The translations under genes and the position numbers were made by a program. Of a stretch of DNA of 64,000 bases, positions 9,279 to 18,847 are shown one piece after another; positions within the stretch are counted from its first letter, which is position 1; each line of letters begins with the position of its first letter. The stretch lies in assembly GCA_963663405.2 (NCBI GenBank), contig CAXXSM010000025.1:36347-100346 (forward strand), in the 5' to 3' direction. The notes beneath the pieces were generated by a model. That model searched no databases, had not been told where the DNA came from, and saw only the letters and a list, made by a program, of their open reading frames with translations. Origin of the DNA: a bacterium. GTDB lineage: Bacteria > Hinthialibacterota > Hinthialibacteria > Hinthialibacterales > Hinthialibacteraceae.

Positions 9279-10736
9279 TTATTTATCCGCCGCGTCTTTA
9301 TTGGCTTCTTCTTTTCCCTCCCCGGCGCCGTCTTCTTGTTTTGGAAAACGGATCGCGCGGAGAATAAGATCATGCAAACCGATCACTTGAGCGGGAACAT
9401 CATAAAACTCGACAACTTCTTTCAGCTGTTTCTTGCAATTGGCGCAGGGAGAGATCACATAATCCGCCCCCGTCGCGCGGATCTGTTCCGCTTTGAGTTT
9501 ACCCGCCACTTTCATCCGGTAATCATGCACTTCGTCCACGGACACAGTGCCCCCGCCTCCGCCGCAGCAATAATTCTCGCGGCCATGCGGCGTCATTTCG
9601 ACGAAATTCTTGATAAATGATTTGATGATCTTTCTCGGTTGATCGACAATCCAACCTGAGCGGGCGATATTGCAGGGATCGTGATAAGTCACCGTTTCCG
9701 TGATGGCATCGGGATCGAGTTCGATCTTTCCCTCTTCGATCGCTTTTAAGGTATATTCTTGAATGCTGATCACGGGGAGTTCTTCGCCTTCATTGAAGGT
9801 CGGAACAAACGCTTTCGCTGAGCGGGACGCGTGACCGCACTCACCGATCAAGATTTTCTTACCCCGCAGCCGCCGCGTTTCCTCGATCTCTTTCGAGACA
9901 ATACGGCCCAGCATCGCGTCGCTGTAGAAGAGACCGTAATTGATCCCATCAAAATACTTCGTGCCGATGGTCCAATTATCCTGGTCCCCGGCGGCGTAGA
10001 GCACCGCCCGCGTTTCCCATTAAGGTATCCGGCTCCAAGAGATAATCACTGACCGCCGGGAAGAAGACATATTCGCAATCTTCTTGATCGATTGGAAATT
10101 TAATCTTTTGTCCCGTCAGTTCTTCGAGTTCTTCCTCCAGAAACTCACAGGTGTCGATCATCGCGGGCGCCGGAATGGCGGAGGTGTTCGCGGTCTTCCC
10201 CTCCAATTGTTCGCGGACACTTACGAGAAGCGCCTTCGGTACGATTCCCATTTCACTCAAAATGAATCGTGACAGACGCATGATCAATCCATGATCCACA
10301 CCCATAGGACACTCAAGAATACAGCGGCGGCATCCCGTGCAGTTGTAAAAGGTATCCAACATTCTGTCGATGGTTTCCTCTTGCAAACCAGGATCGCCCA
10401 ACATCCGGCCGCGCAGCCATCCACCCAGGGTAAAATGACGGCGATATACATTCAGCAAAAGGCTTGACCGGGCACACGGCCACATCGTTGGGATCACCGG
10501 TGGCCTGATAGAGTTGACACGTCCCGGCGCAACGGGCGCACTTAGTCGTAGCGCGGGAATAAATATCCTAGCAGCGGCCGGTAATTGCTATGACGCAGGA
10601 TCGCCGCGAAAATGTCTAAAAATTTCTTAACTCGGCCTTCTTCAAGCGGTTTTTCCACATAATACGGATAGGTTTTCTTCTTGGTCTCCGCCGCCGGCTG
10701 TTTTTCTTGCTCGATTTGTTCAACTGCAGCCGTCAT
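9279..10736 (-). CDS. HmcF/DsrK-like CCG-domain Fe-S oxidoreductase (split by about 3 indels)
   Basis: Pieces 10542..10736, 9976..10497 and 9279..10004; CTGCRRCILECP, GECGHA, TYHDPCNIAR, CCGGGGG, PCANCKKQ. Confidence 0.88.
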
Positions 10737-10823
10737 GGATCACTCCTCCTTCAATAGTAAAAAAGCGCGCAGGCTTTCGGATTGTGTTTTCATTTACGTT
10801 TCTCCGGCCTAAAAAATGGGCCG

Positions 10824-11804
10824 TTATCCTTTCTTCAAACAATGATTCAACCGCCAAGAATAGCGCCCCTCGCACGCCGTTTCTTCTGGAAACAGGTTTT
10901 TACACGCGAGTGTGTCTTTTCCCATAATTGTGATCACCGGCGCGCGGCTGGATCGGTCCAAGGTTTGATTGAACTGAAAACAAGGCCCGACGGTGATGAC
11001 AATGTCACAATTGGCGTCATTCAGAATCCGGACCATGTTATTGGCGTCACAAGCTGGTTCATCCACGGTAATGGACAGTTGCTCTTTCCGCCGCCCAAAC
11101 TGACAACAGATCGGAAACAGCTGAATCGGCGGTTCGAATTGTTCTAAAATCCACTCCATATCATCAAAAACAGCCGTACAAAATACGATACCCGCCCGTT
11201 GGCTCCGCAGCGTATGAATATACTCGGTCGCATCTTCCAGCCGGGAGATCGGCGCACCGCTCAAACTGGTCAGATAATAGGAATGATTGTGATCTCGATT
11301 GGATACAAATTCATGACGGGGAGTGTCTGTAAACGTGACACAGCCCTGGCTCATACAGCAAGTTCGCTCGTTGCATTCCACACAGTTAATCAAGCAGGAG
11401 GAATACGGTGAAACCTGAGGCGCTAAAAATGGGAACGGAGATTCTGTTTTCTCCATTCCCGGATCCAACTTTGATGTCTCATACCCAAACCAAGGCTCGA
11501 GCCGGTCCTCCACCAATGCGGTGATGATCTCCTCGACCGTCCCCGTGACGTTGCAGATCACTTGAAATCCTTCTTCTTCCAAGCGCCGCTGGTCTTTCCG
11601 TTCAATGCCGCCGCAGACGATCATTCGCACTCCTTGCTGAAGAAGAATTTCGATGACACTGGCACCGTTCAATTGATCCCGCGCGATCGTCCGCGTTTCC
11701 GCCACACCATCCTCTCCCAATCGGACAACAAAAAACGCGCTCGAATAATTGAAGAGCGGAGCGACACGATTTCGTAATATGGGAAAAGCGGCTGTAATGT
11801 TCAT
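10824..11804 (-). CDS. NifB/NifX (FeMo-cofactor-binding-like) domain fused to a divergent DUF1847-like metal-binding domain
   Basis: N-terminal RVAPLF...IVCGGI...VTGTVEE; C-terminal SRLED...GIVFC...ICC.FG...LND...VGPC...APVIT..GKD. Confidence 0.75.
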   Translation of the reverse strand: MNITAAFPILRNRVAPLFNYSSAFFVVRLGEDGVAETRTIARDQLNGASVIEILLQQGVRMIVCGGIERKDQRRLEEEGFQVICNVTGTVEEIITALVEDRLEPWFGYETSKLDPGMEKTESPFPFLAPQVSPYSSCLINCVECNERTCCMSQGCVTFTDTPRHEFVSNRDHNHSYYLTSLSGAPISRLEDATEYIHTLRSQRAGIVFCTAVFDDMEWILEQFEPPIQLFPICCQFGRRKEQLSITVDEPACDANNMVRILNDANCDIVITVGPCFQFNQTLDRSSRAPVITIMGKDTLACKNLFPEETACEGRYSWRLNHCLKKG

Positions 11805-11827
11805 GACTTTTATCCAGCTTTATACTA

Positions 11828-11843
11828 GGCAATAACCGTGCCC
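11828..11843 (-). promoter_or_regulatory. Sigma54 (-24/-12) promoter of the Hmc-like operon
   Basis: Minus strand GGGCACGGTTATTGCC matches GGCACG-N4-TTGC, about 25 nt upstream of the ATG at 11804. Confidence 0.85.
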
Positions 11844-12091
11844 TATTGTTTAGACAGATTGTAAAAGCGAGTGAATGGAAAAGAATAATGGTATCGCAGA
11901 TAGGAAAAAGAGAGATAAGCGGCCATACCAGCGCTGATGTTAAATCTATTGTATCCCTTTGATTGCAAAGCGTTTATTCCATCAATCCTCTCAAATAATC
12001 CGGGAAAATGAGTGATTTGCTGTATAATAATCAATAGATGGGAAACCAATCCTAAAAAAACAGATTGACTTCGTTGAAAATCCGGCTTTAA

Positions 12092-12138
12092 TGTTTCATA
12101 AAAGCAACACGTTGCAACGTTGTTTCATAAATGAAACA
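12092..12138. promoter_or_regulatory. Tandem enhancer (UAS) sites for the sigma54 activator
   Basis: TGTTTCATAAAAGCAACA (12092-12109) and the palindrome TGTTTCAT-AA-ATGAAACA (12121-12138); both are TGT-N12-ACA. Confidence 0.7.
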
Positions 12139-12155
12139 TTTTAAAGAGCCGAATC

Positions 12156-13505
12156 ATGAAACCCAGCCTCGAAACCCTTCCCGATCCTCAACTGTTTGAA
12201 TTGATCTTCGATAGCGTCGCTGAAGGGATCTTCACGACAGACATCAATTGCCGGATCACTTCCTTCAACCGGGCGGCGGAAAAGATTTCCGGATTCAGCC
12301 GCGCCCAAGCCATTGGGCAGTATTGCTTTGACATCTTCCGCACCGATTTATGTCACCGGCAGTGTGCGTTGCGGAATACGTTGAGTCAGCGAATTCCCAT
12401 TTCCAACATCCGGGTCAACATCCTCACGCGGGACGGCGTAAAAAAACCCATCAGCGTCAGTACATCCATTCTTCATAACAAAGCAGGACGGGTCAATGGA
12501 GCGGTGGAAATCTTCCGTGATCTCTCCAGCCTCGAAGAACTGCGCAAACAAGCGGTAGGGAGTAAAACCTTTGAGAATATCGTCAGCCGCAATCCTGAAA
12601 TGCACGAGATTTTCGAACTGATCCCCGATGTGGCGCAGTCAGAATGCAGCGTCCTCGTTCAAGGACCCAGCGGATCCGGGAAGGAACTCATCACCCGCTC
12701 GCTGCACCAACTCAGCCCGCGAAGAGATAAACCGTACATCCGTGTCAATTGCGCCGCCCTGCCGGCCAATCTGCTGGAATCCGAGCTCTTCGGCTACGTC
12801 AAAGGCGCGTTCACCGACGCCCGCCGCGACAAACCCGGCCGTTTTGTCCTCGCCGATGGGGGAACCGTGCTTTTGGATGAAATTGCGGATATGCCCCTGC
12901 CCCTGCAGGCGAAACTTCTGCGTGTCCTCCAAGAAGGCGAAGTTCAGCCGCTGGGTTCTACCCGCACACTCTCTGTGGATGTGCGCGTGATCTCTTCCAC
13001 CAACCGTCCACTGAAACAGATGGTGGAACAAGGGCAGTTTCGGGAAGATCTCTATTACCGTTTGAACGTGATCGCGATCGACCTTCCCCCCCTCAGCCGC
13101 CGCCGTGAGGATATCCCGATTCTCATCGATTACTTCATCCAACAGCTGCGCTACAAAACCGGAAAACCGATCCAGAACGTGGATGATGAGGTTATAGATC
13201 ACTTGATGAATTATGATTTTCCCGGCAACGTGCGGGAACTTGAAAACCTGATTGAACACACTTTCGTTCTCTGCAAAAGCGAGACCATTGAACTTCAACA
13301 CCTGCCCCGGTATTTATTCGAATCACCTCCCCCACGAGAAAAGCCACAAACCAAACCGGTCACGTCCCTCGGCCAGGCGGAAAAACAAGTCATTGAAGAC
13401 AGTCTGCGCGAACACAACGGGAACAAGCAAAAAACAGCGGAAGCCCTGGGAATCCACCGCTCCACCCTATGGCGAAAAATATGCGCGTATGGGATTGATG
13501 GGTGA
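12156..13505 (+). CDS. PAS-domain sigma54-dependent activator (OrpR-like, Fis HTH)
   Basis: PAS domain with C-x8-C-x3-C; GPSGSGKE; ESELFG; GAFTDA; LLDEI; FREDLYYRL; HTH TAEALGIHRSTLWRK. Confidence 0.93.
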   Translation: MKPSLETLPDPQLFELIFDSVAEGIFTTDINCRITSFNRAAEKISGFSRAQAIGQYCFDIFRTDLCHRQCALRNTLSQRIPISNIRVNILTRDGVKKPISVSTSILHNKAGRVNGAVEIFRDLSSLEELRKQAVGSKTFENIVSRNPEMHEIFELIPDVAQSECSVLVQGPSGSGKELITRSLHQLSPRRDKPYIRVNCAALPANLLESELFGYVKGAFTDARRDKPGRFVLADGGTVLLDEIADMPLPLQAKLLRVLQEGEVQPLGSTRTLSVDVRVISSTNRPLKQMVEQGQFREDLYYRLNVIAIDLPPLSRRREDIPILIDYFIQQLRYKTGKPIQNVDDEVIDHLMNYDFPGNVRELENLIEHTFVLCKSETIELQHLPRYLFESPPPREKPQTKPVTSLGQAEKQVIEDSLREHNGNKQKTAEALGIHRSTLWRKICAYGIDG

Positions 13506-13522
13506 GTGATTAGAAAAGAGAT

Positions 13523-13828
13523 TTATACTTCAGTCTCTTTGATTCTTTCTGGAACGTCCATTCGGTCGTAAAGCACGCGAATGATGACGATCCCTTTTTC
13601 TTCTTTTCGATACATGATGAGATAGCGGCCTTCGTGATAGCAATAAAGCCCTTCTGAGATGCTGTTACGTCTCAGGCCGAGATCGGGATTTTTACTCAGC
13701 GCCTCAATTCGCTTTTTTAGTTGTCGAAGGTATTTGCTTGCCTGCCGGATACCCCAAGTTTCGTAAGTATACTTCCAAATATCGTCTAAGTCGGTATCGC
13801 TTGCTTTAAGGAGTCTATATCGAGACAT
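13523..13828 (-). CDS. parE: ParE/RelE family toxin
   Basis: YRLLKASDTDLDDIWKYTYETWGIRQASKY...IIRVLY.RMD. Confidence 0.9.
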   Translation of the reverse strand: MSRYRLLKASDTDLDDIWKYTYETWGIRQASKYLRQLKKRIEALSKNPDLGLRRNSISEGLYCYHEGRYLIMYRKEEKGIVIIRVLYDRMDVPERIKETEV

Positions 13829-14091
13829 TATAAGCAGGTTTCTTTTACAGCGGATTCGTTGTCTGCGATAATATCATCGATTGTCCGGGCGCTATACTCC
13901 CCACGGGCTAACTGTTCATCTCCAATGCGAACGGCCTCGCGAAGCCGGTCGAGTTTGATTTCATGGAGTTGATCGCCTCTTTCCATAAGCCTAAGCGCTT
14001 CGCGAATCACCTCGCTTGCATTGTTGTATAATCCGCTTTCGACCTTCTCTTTGACAAACGACTCAAGTCGATCAGTTAGGGATACATGCAT
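13828..14091 (-). CDS. parD: ParD family (ribbon-helix-helix) antitoxin
   Basis: MHVSLTDRLESFVKEKVESGLYNNASEVIREALR; stop overlaps the toxin start. Confidence 0.92.
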   Translation of the reverse strand: MHVSLTDRLESFVKEKVESGLYNNASEVIREALRLMERGDQLHEIKLDRLREAVRIGDEQLARGEYSARTIDDIIADNESAVKETCL

Positions 14092-14120
14092 AGCCGAAAT
14101 ACCTCCGATACGTTTCCCTA

Positions 14121-14158
14121 ATTATATCTTCTCATACAATCATTGACAATCTTTGTAT
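14121..14158 (-). promoter_or_regulatory. Sigma70-type promoter with an overlapping inverted repeat (likely ParDE autorepression operator)
   Basis: Minus strand TTGTCA-N17-TATAAT; ATACAA (14134-39) ... TTGTAT (14153-58) inverted repeat. Confidence 0.6.
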
Positions 14159-14272
14159 AAGCGCATCAGAACTTGGGTCATTTTAAGTCATCTTGAATCG
14201 TCGTTATGCTCACCGATGTCTTCTTAGCAAACTGGCTTTGTTTTAAGATAAATTCCGCAATTTATGTCGTTT

Positions 14273-15298
14273 TCATTTCCCTTTAGGCATTTTGTTTAGC
14301 CGCATCATCCAGTTTTCACCGACCCAATAGCCTTCGAATGGTGGTTGTTTTGGTGTTTGATTCGGCACGCCTTCAAGGGTGACCATACTGAGATCATAAA
14401 TTTGGGCGATGTTCTTTGCTTTGAGCGATTCGTTTGTAATCGCCAAGTGGATGGGCAGCCGCCATTGAATCACCTGGCCAAAGATATTCCGTTCCGCGAC
14501 TTTCCACGGCCCTTGGACAGAGACCGCGAGGATATCCACTTTTTTCTTTTTATTTTTTCCCCACCGGTCGTCATTTTTGAAAAAGTCCAACGCCGCCTTG
14601 GTCAATTCATCCGTTTTACCTGGCCCAGGGAAATCATTGACGGATGGTTTCCACGTTCTCGCATCGATATCTTTCTCGATCTGTTCCGCTAATTCCGCGA
14701 TCTGTTGATCCATATTCGCGAGCATCTGGTTGATTTCTTTGTTATTGGGATCGAATTTCTGTCCTGCGGTGAGGAGCGCTTTGGTGTCCTGCATCCGTTT
14801 CACGCGGATTTGTTCGGCCATGGAATCGAGGTAGGAAAGCATATTCTTGCTTTTCCGGGCGATATCTTCAGCGGTCGCCTTGCGGCTCTTGATAATGTTA
14901 TTGGCGCCTTCGTAAAGCCGTTCAAACCGGTTGCCAACATTTTGATCGGTTTCGACTCCCAGGCCGCGCAGTTTGTTATTGATATCCATTGGTTTGACGC
15001 CGTATTTTTCCGCGAATAACGCAAGGATCGGCTGTACCTCCGGTATCGCTTCTTTTTCGACATCTTCCAAGGTTTTCAAGGCCGCTTCTGCTTCATCCGC
15101 CTTCATCCCATAAAAAATGCTATTGCCATGAATTAAATCGAATTTATTACCATGTTTCTTGTACGTCTCCAGCAATTTTTCCGCGTCTGCCTGCGCCTGA
15201 TTGTCGGCGGCAAACGACATTTCTGGCAGGGCGAAAAATCCAATTACAATTATGCTGACAGTGACGAAACTCCCTAATTTAAGTATCTTTTCTTGCAT
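14273..15298 (-). CDS. Secreted hypothetical protein (helical N-terminal region)
   Basis: AAGGAGG RBS; signal peptide ending SFA|A; 341-aa intact ORF. Confidence 0.8.
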   Translation of the reverse strand: MQEKILKLGSFVTVSIIVIGFFALPEMSFAADNQAQADAEKLLETYKKHGNKFDLIHGNSIFYGMKADEAEAALKTLEDVEKEAIPEVQPILALFAEKYGVKPMDINNKLRGLGVETDQNVGNRFERLYEGANNIIKSRKATAEDIARKSKNMLSYLDSMAEQIRVKRMQDTKALLTAGQKFDPNNKEINQMLANMDQQIAELAEQIEKDIDARTWKPSVNDFPGPGKTDELTKAALDFFKNDDRWGKNKKKKVDILAVSVQGPWKVAERNIFGQVIQWRLPIHLAITNESLKAKNIAQIYDLSMVTLEGVPNQTPKQPPFEGYWVGENWMMRLNKMPKGK

Positions 15299-15630
15299 TT
15301 TTTCCTCCTTGATTGTTTAAATGTATGTTACATGGATTTCGTAATACCCATCCACGAAATAATAATATTGTAAAAATATTTTATCCCTCATTCGAATCAT
15401 ACATCAGATTTTATTTTTATTCAATTCAATATTCAGATCGAATAAAAACGTAATATTATTTCCGTTCCTAATTTATATTTGTCATTAGGCTTCGATCTTT
15501 ATATATTAAGTATGGTGGATTCTTTATATGTAAATGAGTCAAGAAAACTTTCTCACTCGCAATCCCTATCGCGACTCATTTTCATTTGTAGGTTGTGATC
15601 TCAATCACGCTGGTTATATAGGAGTTATTA

Positions 15631-15948
15631 ATGGATTTTCTTATCAATCTGTTTATCGAGGGTTCTGGTTTCGTCATGAGTTACGCCGTCGTTCTCTTCA
15701 TCGCCGGCATGATTCTTGATCTATTTGAAGGAAAACATGGCCGGGGTGTGGTTGGCTGCGCGTTTTCGGCGGTTATCTCTTCCATCGGTATTTTGGCCGT
15801 TGATCTATTGTTTTATTATTTGATTGGGAATGATTACATCGGTTGGATATGTAAATTCGCTGTGATCTGGATCTGTTTCAACCTAAGAAACTTTATGGAA
15901 TTCCTGGTTTTTCTCCTATCGATGTTTATTGTCTATTCAATTACTTAA
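15631..15948 (+). CDS. Small hypothetical membrane protein
   Basis: AGGAG RBS; 3-4 hydrophobic segments. Confidence 0.65.
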   Translation: MDFLINLFIEGSGFVMSYAVVLFIAGMILDLFEGKHGRGVVGCAFSAVISSIGILAVDLLFYYLIGNDYIGWICKFAVIWICFNLRNFMEFLVFLLSMFIVYSIT

Positions 15949-16348
15949 CAATAATTCCTCATCCAACGTAAAGACATGGTTAAACAAAACTATCTCTTGC
16001 CGTATTCTTCAAGTTTTATCACAGAGTCTCACCCATTGACTGAAATTATATTGATTAGATATTTATCATATCAATACATTTATGTAAAATTAATTTACTA
16101 ATATATCACTATAATTACAACCACTATTATAGATTTTTATAGGAAGGGCATAAAATAAGATATTCTAATAAGTCTTTTAAAATGAGAAGGTTAATAGATA
16201 AGAAATAGTTAAAACAAGAAGTAATGCGCCTGAGATGACTTTGCGCGTATTGCCAAAACACAGTGAAATCGCGTATAATATTTAGGAATAAATAAATGAC
16301 TAAAAAATTGCTCCGGGGAGATGACTCTCCTCCAAACACACAAATAAA

Positions 16349-17263
16349 ATGGCCGCCGGGAAAGCGAAAAAACAAAGTGATAACAGCTCCCCTAAAGCAA
16401 AAACGGCTGTAAAAAAGGGCGCGAATAAACAATCCACAAAGAGTTCCAACTCGAGGGATAATGCGAAAATGCGCTCAAAATCGACGGTTTCCAAGACGAA
16501 AACAGCACAAAAGAAAGAAAAATCCAAATCGAAAAGTCCTTCCATGAAAAAAGCGGCTGTAAAAACGAAAACAACGGTGCCCTCCCGCGCAAAACCTAAA
16601 ACAGCCGGTCAATCAAAAACAACAAGCGCAAAATCTAAGAAAAAGTCTACCTCAATCAAAAAGATAGCCCCTAAGATCAACGCGAACTCTTCTACTGAAA
16701 AAAAGAAGGTTCGATCCAGCTCACGCAACAAGAAAACCAAGCCAAATCTGGAATTTCCCAAAACGAAATGGGGAACGGATGGCACGATCAGTTTCGAAGC
16801 GACAGAGCATCTTCCACAACCCGCTCTCACAAGCATCGCGGGTGGTTTTGTCTTTCATGATGGGAAAGTCGTTATGGCCAATATTCCCGGACGGGGATGG
16901 GAAATTATCGGTGGACGGATTGACGTAGGAGAAACACCGGAAGAAACCTTCTGCCGGGAAACATACAATCAAGTGGGTGTGATCCTCTCCCATGTCAAAA
17001 TGATCGGTGTGGTCAAAATCGAACATACGGGTCCCGAACCACCGAATTGTCCATACCCTTTTCCTATCGGTTATGGGATTCAGTTTATCGGTATCGTCGA
17101 TGAACTTTTACCCTTTACCGGAGGCGCGGATTCACTTGGCCGCTCATTGATTACACCGGAAGGCCTTAAAGAACATTATTATGAATGGAACGACTATTTT
17201 GAGGCCGTTTTTAAATACGCGTATTCGGTCTATACGAAATGGCGTAAGAAATTGAAAGTATAA
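16349..17263 (+). CDS. Lys/Ser/Thr-rich N-terminal tail fused to a NUDIX-fold domain with a degenerate Nudix box
   Basis: About 135 aa basic low-complexity region; GGRIDVGETPEETFCRETYNQVGV. Confidence 0.8.
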   Translation: MAAGKAKKQSDNSSPKAKTAVKKGANKQSTKSSNSRDNAKMRSKSTVSKTKTAQKKEKSKSKSPSMKKAAVKTKTTVPSRAKPKTAGQSKTTSAKSKKKSTSIKKIAPKINANSSTEKKKVRSSSRNKKTKPNLEFPKTKWGTDGTISFEATEHLPQPALTSIAGGFVFHDGKVVMANIPGRGWEIIGGRIDVGETPEETFCRETYNQVGVILSHVKMIGVVKIEHTGPEPPNCPYPFPIGYGIQFIGIVDELLPFTGGADSLGRSLITPEGLKEHYYEWNDYFEAVFKYAYSVYTKWRKKLKV

Positions 17264-17450
17264 TCTTCGCTTGCCCACCAGCGTCGTCAATCCATAGGGT
17301 GAAATGACGCTCTCTCTAAAAAAAATAAAACCATCTTTCATTACAACGTAAAATGAATTAAAATACCTGTAACTTCCGGTAGGAACTCGTTTCCTGGTGT
17401 CTGTATGTATAGTCATCCGGATTATAAACCAATTGATTGAAGAAACCGCG

Positions 17451-18014
17451 ATGGGGATTCTTTCACAAGAAGAAATAGACGCGTTGCTCAACGCGAGTAT
17501 TGGCGGAGATTCAGAAGAACCGGAGGAACCGGAGTCTTTTATCCCTGAACCTTCCACTTCGAAGCCTGAGCCAGAACCGGTTGTCCATGACGCGCCCCCT
17601 GCGTTCTCCACGAATTTTTCCCAACCTGAAGTAAGTGAGACGCCTCCTCCTATCAGAAAATCCGTTCTACGCCGTTCTCCGAAGGTCGATGGAAGCATTC
17701 AAGTTCAACCCGCTGTTTTCCCTCATTTCGATTCGATGGATGAACCGGATGATACGACGAACCTGGAAGTGATTTTGAATCTCAATTTGGAAATCCGCGT
17801 TGAATTGGGTAAAACAATAAAAAGCGTACAGGATGTATTAGCGTATGGATCCGGCTCAGTGATCGAACTGCAAAAACTGAATGGAGAACCAGTTGATCTT
17901 CATGTGAATAACAAGAATTTCGCACGGGGGGAGATGATCGTGATCGGTGAAAATTTCGGTGTTCGAGTGACGGATATCTTGTCTATCCAAGAAATTATCG
18001 AAGCCTTGCGCTAA
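17451..18014 (+). CDS. fliN: Flagellar motor switch protein FliN-like
   Basis: N-terminal LSQEEIDALL; C-terminal SpoA domain (IRVELGKT...GSVIEL...GEPVDL...NFGVRVTDI). Confidence 0.85.
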   Translation: MGILSQEEIDALLNASIGGDSEEPEEPESFIPEPSTSKPEPEPVVHDAPPAFSTNFSQPEVSETPPPIRKSVLRRSPKVDGSIQVQPAVFPHFDSMDEPDDTTNLEVILNLNLEIRVELGKTIKSVQDVLAYGSGSVIELQKLNGEPVDLHVNNKNFARGEMIVIGENFGVRVTDILSIQEIIEALR

Positions 18015-18147
18015 AATCACTCCCTCACAGTAAAATAATGACATCTCCCTTATCAAATGAATCGGAATACAATATCGATAAGAGACGAAACAGGAAGGCG
18101 TTCTAGACCACTGTTTCTATTCATTACATATACAAAAGGAGTCTATC

Positions 18148-18729
18148 GTGGGAGCGAAAAAGATTTTACTACTGGCCGGTGATTTTGTGGAAGATTACGA
18201 GATCATGGTTCCGTTTCAGGCGTTGTTAATGGTAGGGCATACCGTCCACGCCGTTTGTCCGGATAAAAAAAGCGGCGATCAAATCCGGACCGCGATCCAT
18301 GATTTTGAAGGCGATCAAACTTACTCGGAAAAGCCCGGTCATAATTTCACCCTAAACGCCACCTTCGCAATGGTCAATCCAGAAGAATACGACGCCCTAT
18401 TGATTCCAGGCGGCCGGGCGCCGGAATACCTTCGTTTAAATGATTCGGTCATCCAAATCGTTAAACATTTTGCGGAAGCGAGAAAACCTATCGCCGCGAT
18501 CTGTCATGGGCCTCAGCTCCTCGTTGCGGCGGGAATTCTATCCGGCAAAAGCTGTTCCTGTTATCCTGCCGTGGCACCGGACATCACCGCTTCGGGAGGC
18601 AGTTACACGGAGATTCCGTTGGATCAAGCGCACGTGGATGGTAACTTAGTCACCGCTCCCGCCTGGCCCGCCCATCCCGATTGGCTGGCGAAATTCTTGA
18701 AGATCCTGGGCACAACGATCGAACCATAA
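18148..18729 (+). CDS. DJ-1/PfpI family protein
   Basis: [23 protein letters not shown] nucleophile, [10 protein letters not shown]. Confidence 0.93.
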   Translation: MGAKKILLLAGDFVEDYEIMVPFQALLMVGHTVHAVCPDKKSGDQIRTAIHDFEGDQTYSEKPGHNFTLNATFAMVNPEEYDALLIPGGRAPEYLRLNDSVIQIVKHFAEARKPIAAICHGPQLLVAAGILSGKSCSCYPAVAPDITASGGSYTEIPLDQAHVDGNLVTAPAWPAHPDWLAKFLKILGTTIEP

Positions 18730-18847
18730 AACACCCGCTGAAGACAACTAAAGTCATTCACTTTATCCTCATCTCTGTTACAATCGAAATTCTGACTCGT
18801 TTCTTGAGAACATACCCATTATTAATCATCTTATTTGGAGGATATAC

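Noticed and set aside
9279-10736. Evidence of dissimilatory sulfate reduction
   Set aside because: A DsrK/HmcF-like protein alone is insufficient; no dsrAB, dsrC, aprAB or sat in the window.
10824-11804. Nitrogen fixation gene
   Set aside because: NifB/NifX-like domains are widespread outside diazotrophs, and no nifHDK is present.
12639-13301. 220-aa antisense ORF and many similar shadow ORFs in the track
   Set aside because: They overlap well-supported genes on the opposite strand or in another frame and have no recognisable motifs.
14273-14320. W-motif in ENWMMRLNKMPKGK
   Set aside because: The Trp is 12 residues from the end and lacks the aromatic at +3, so it was not counted.
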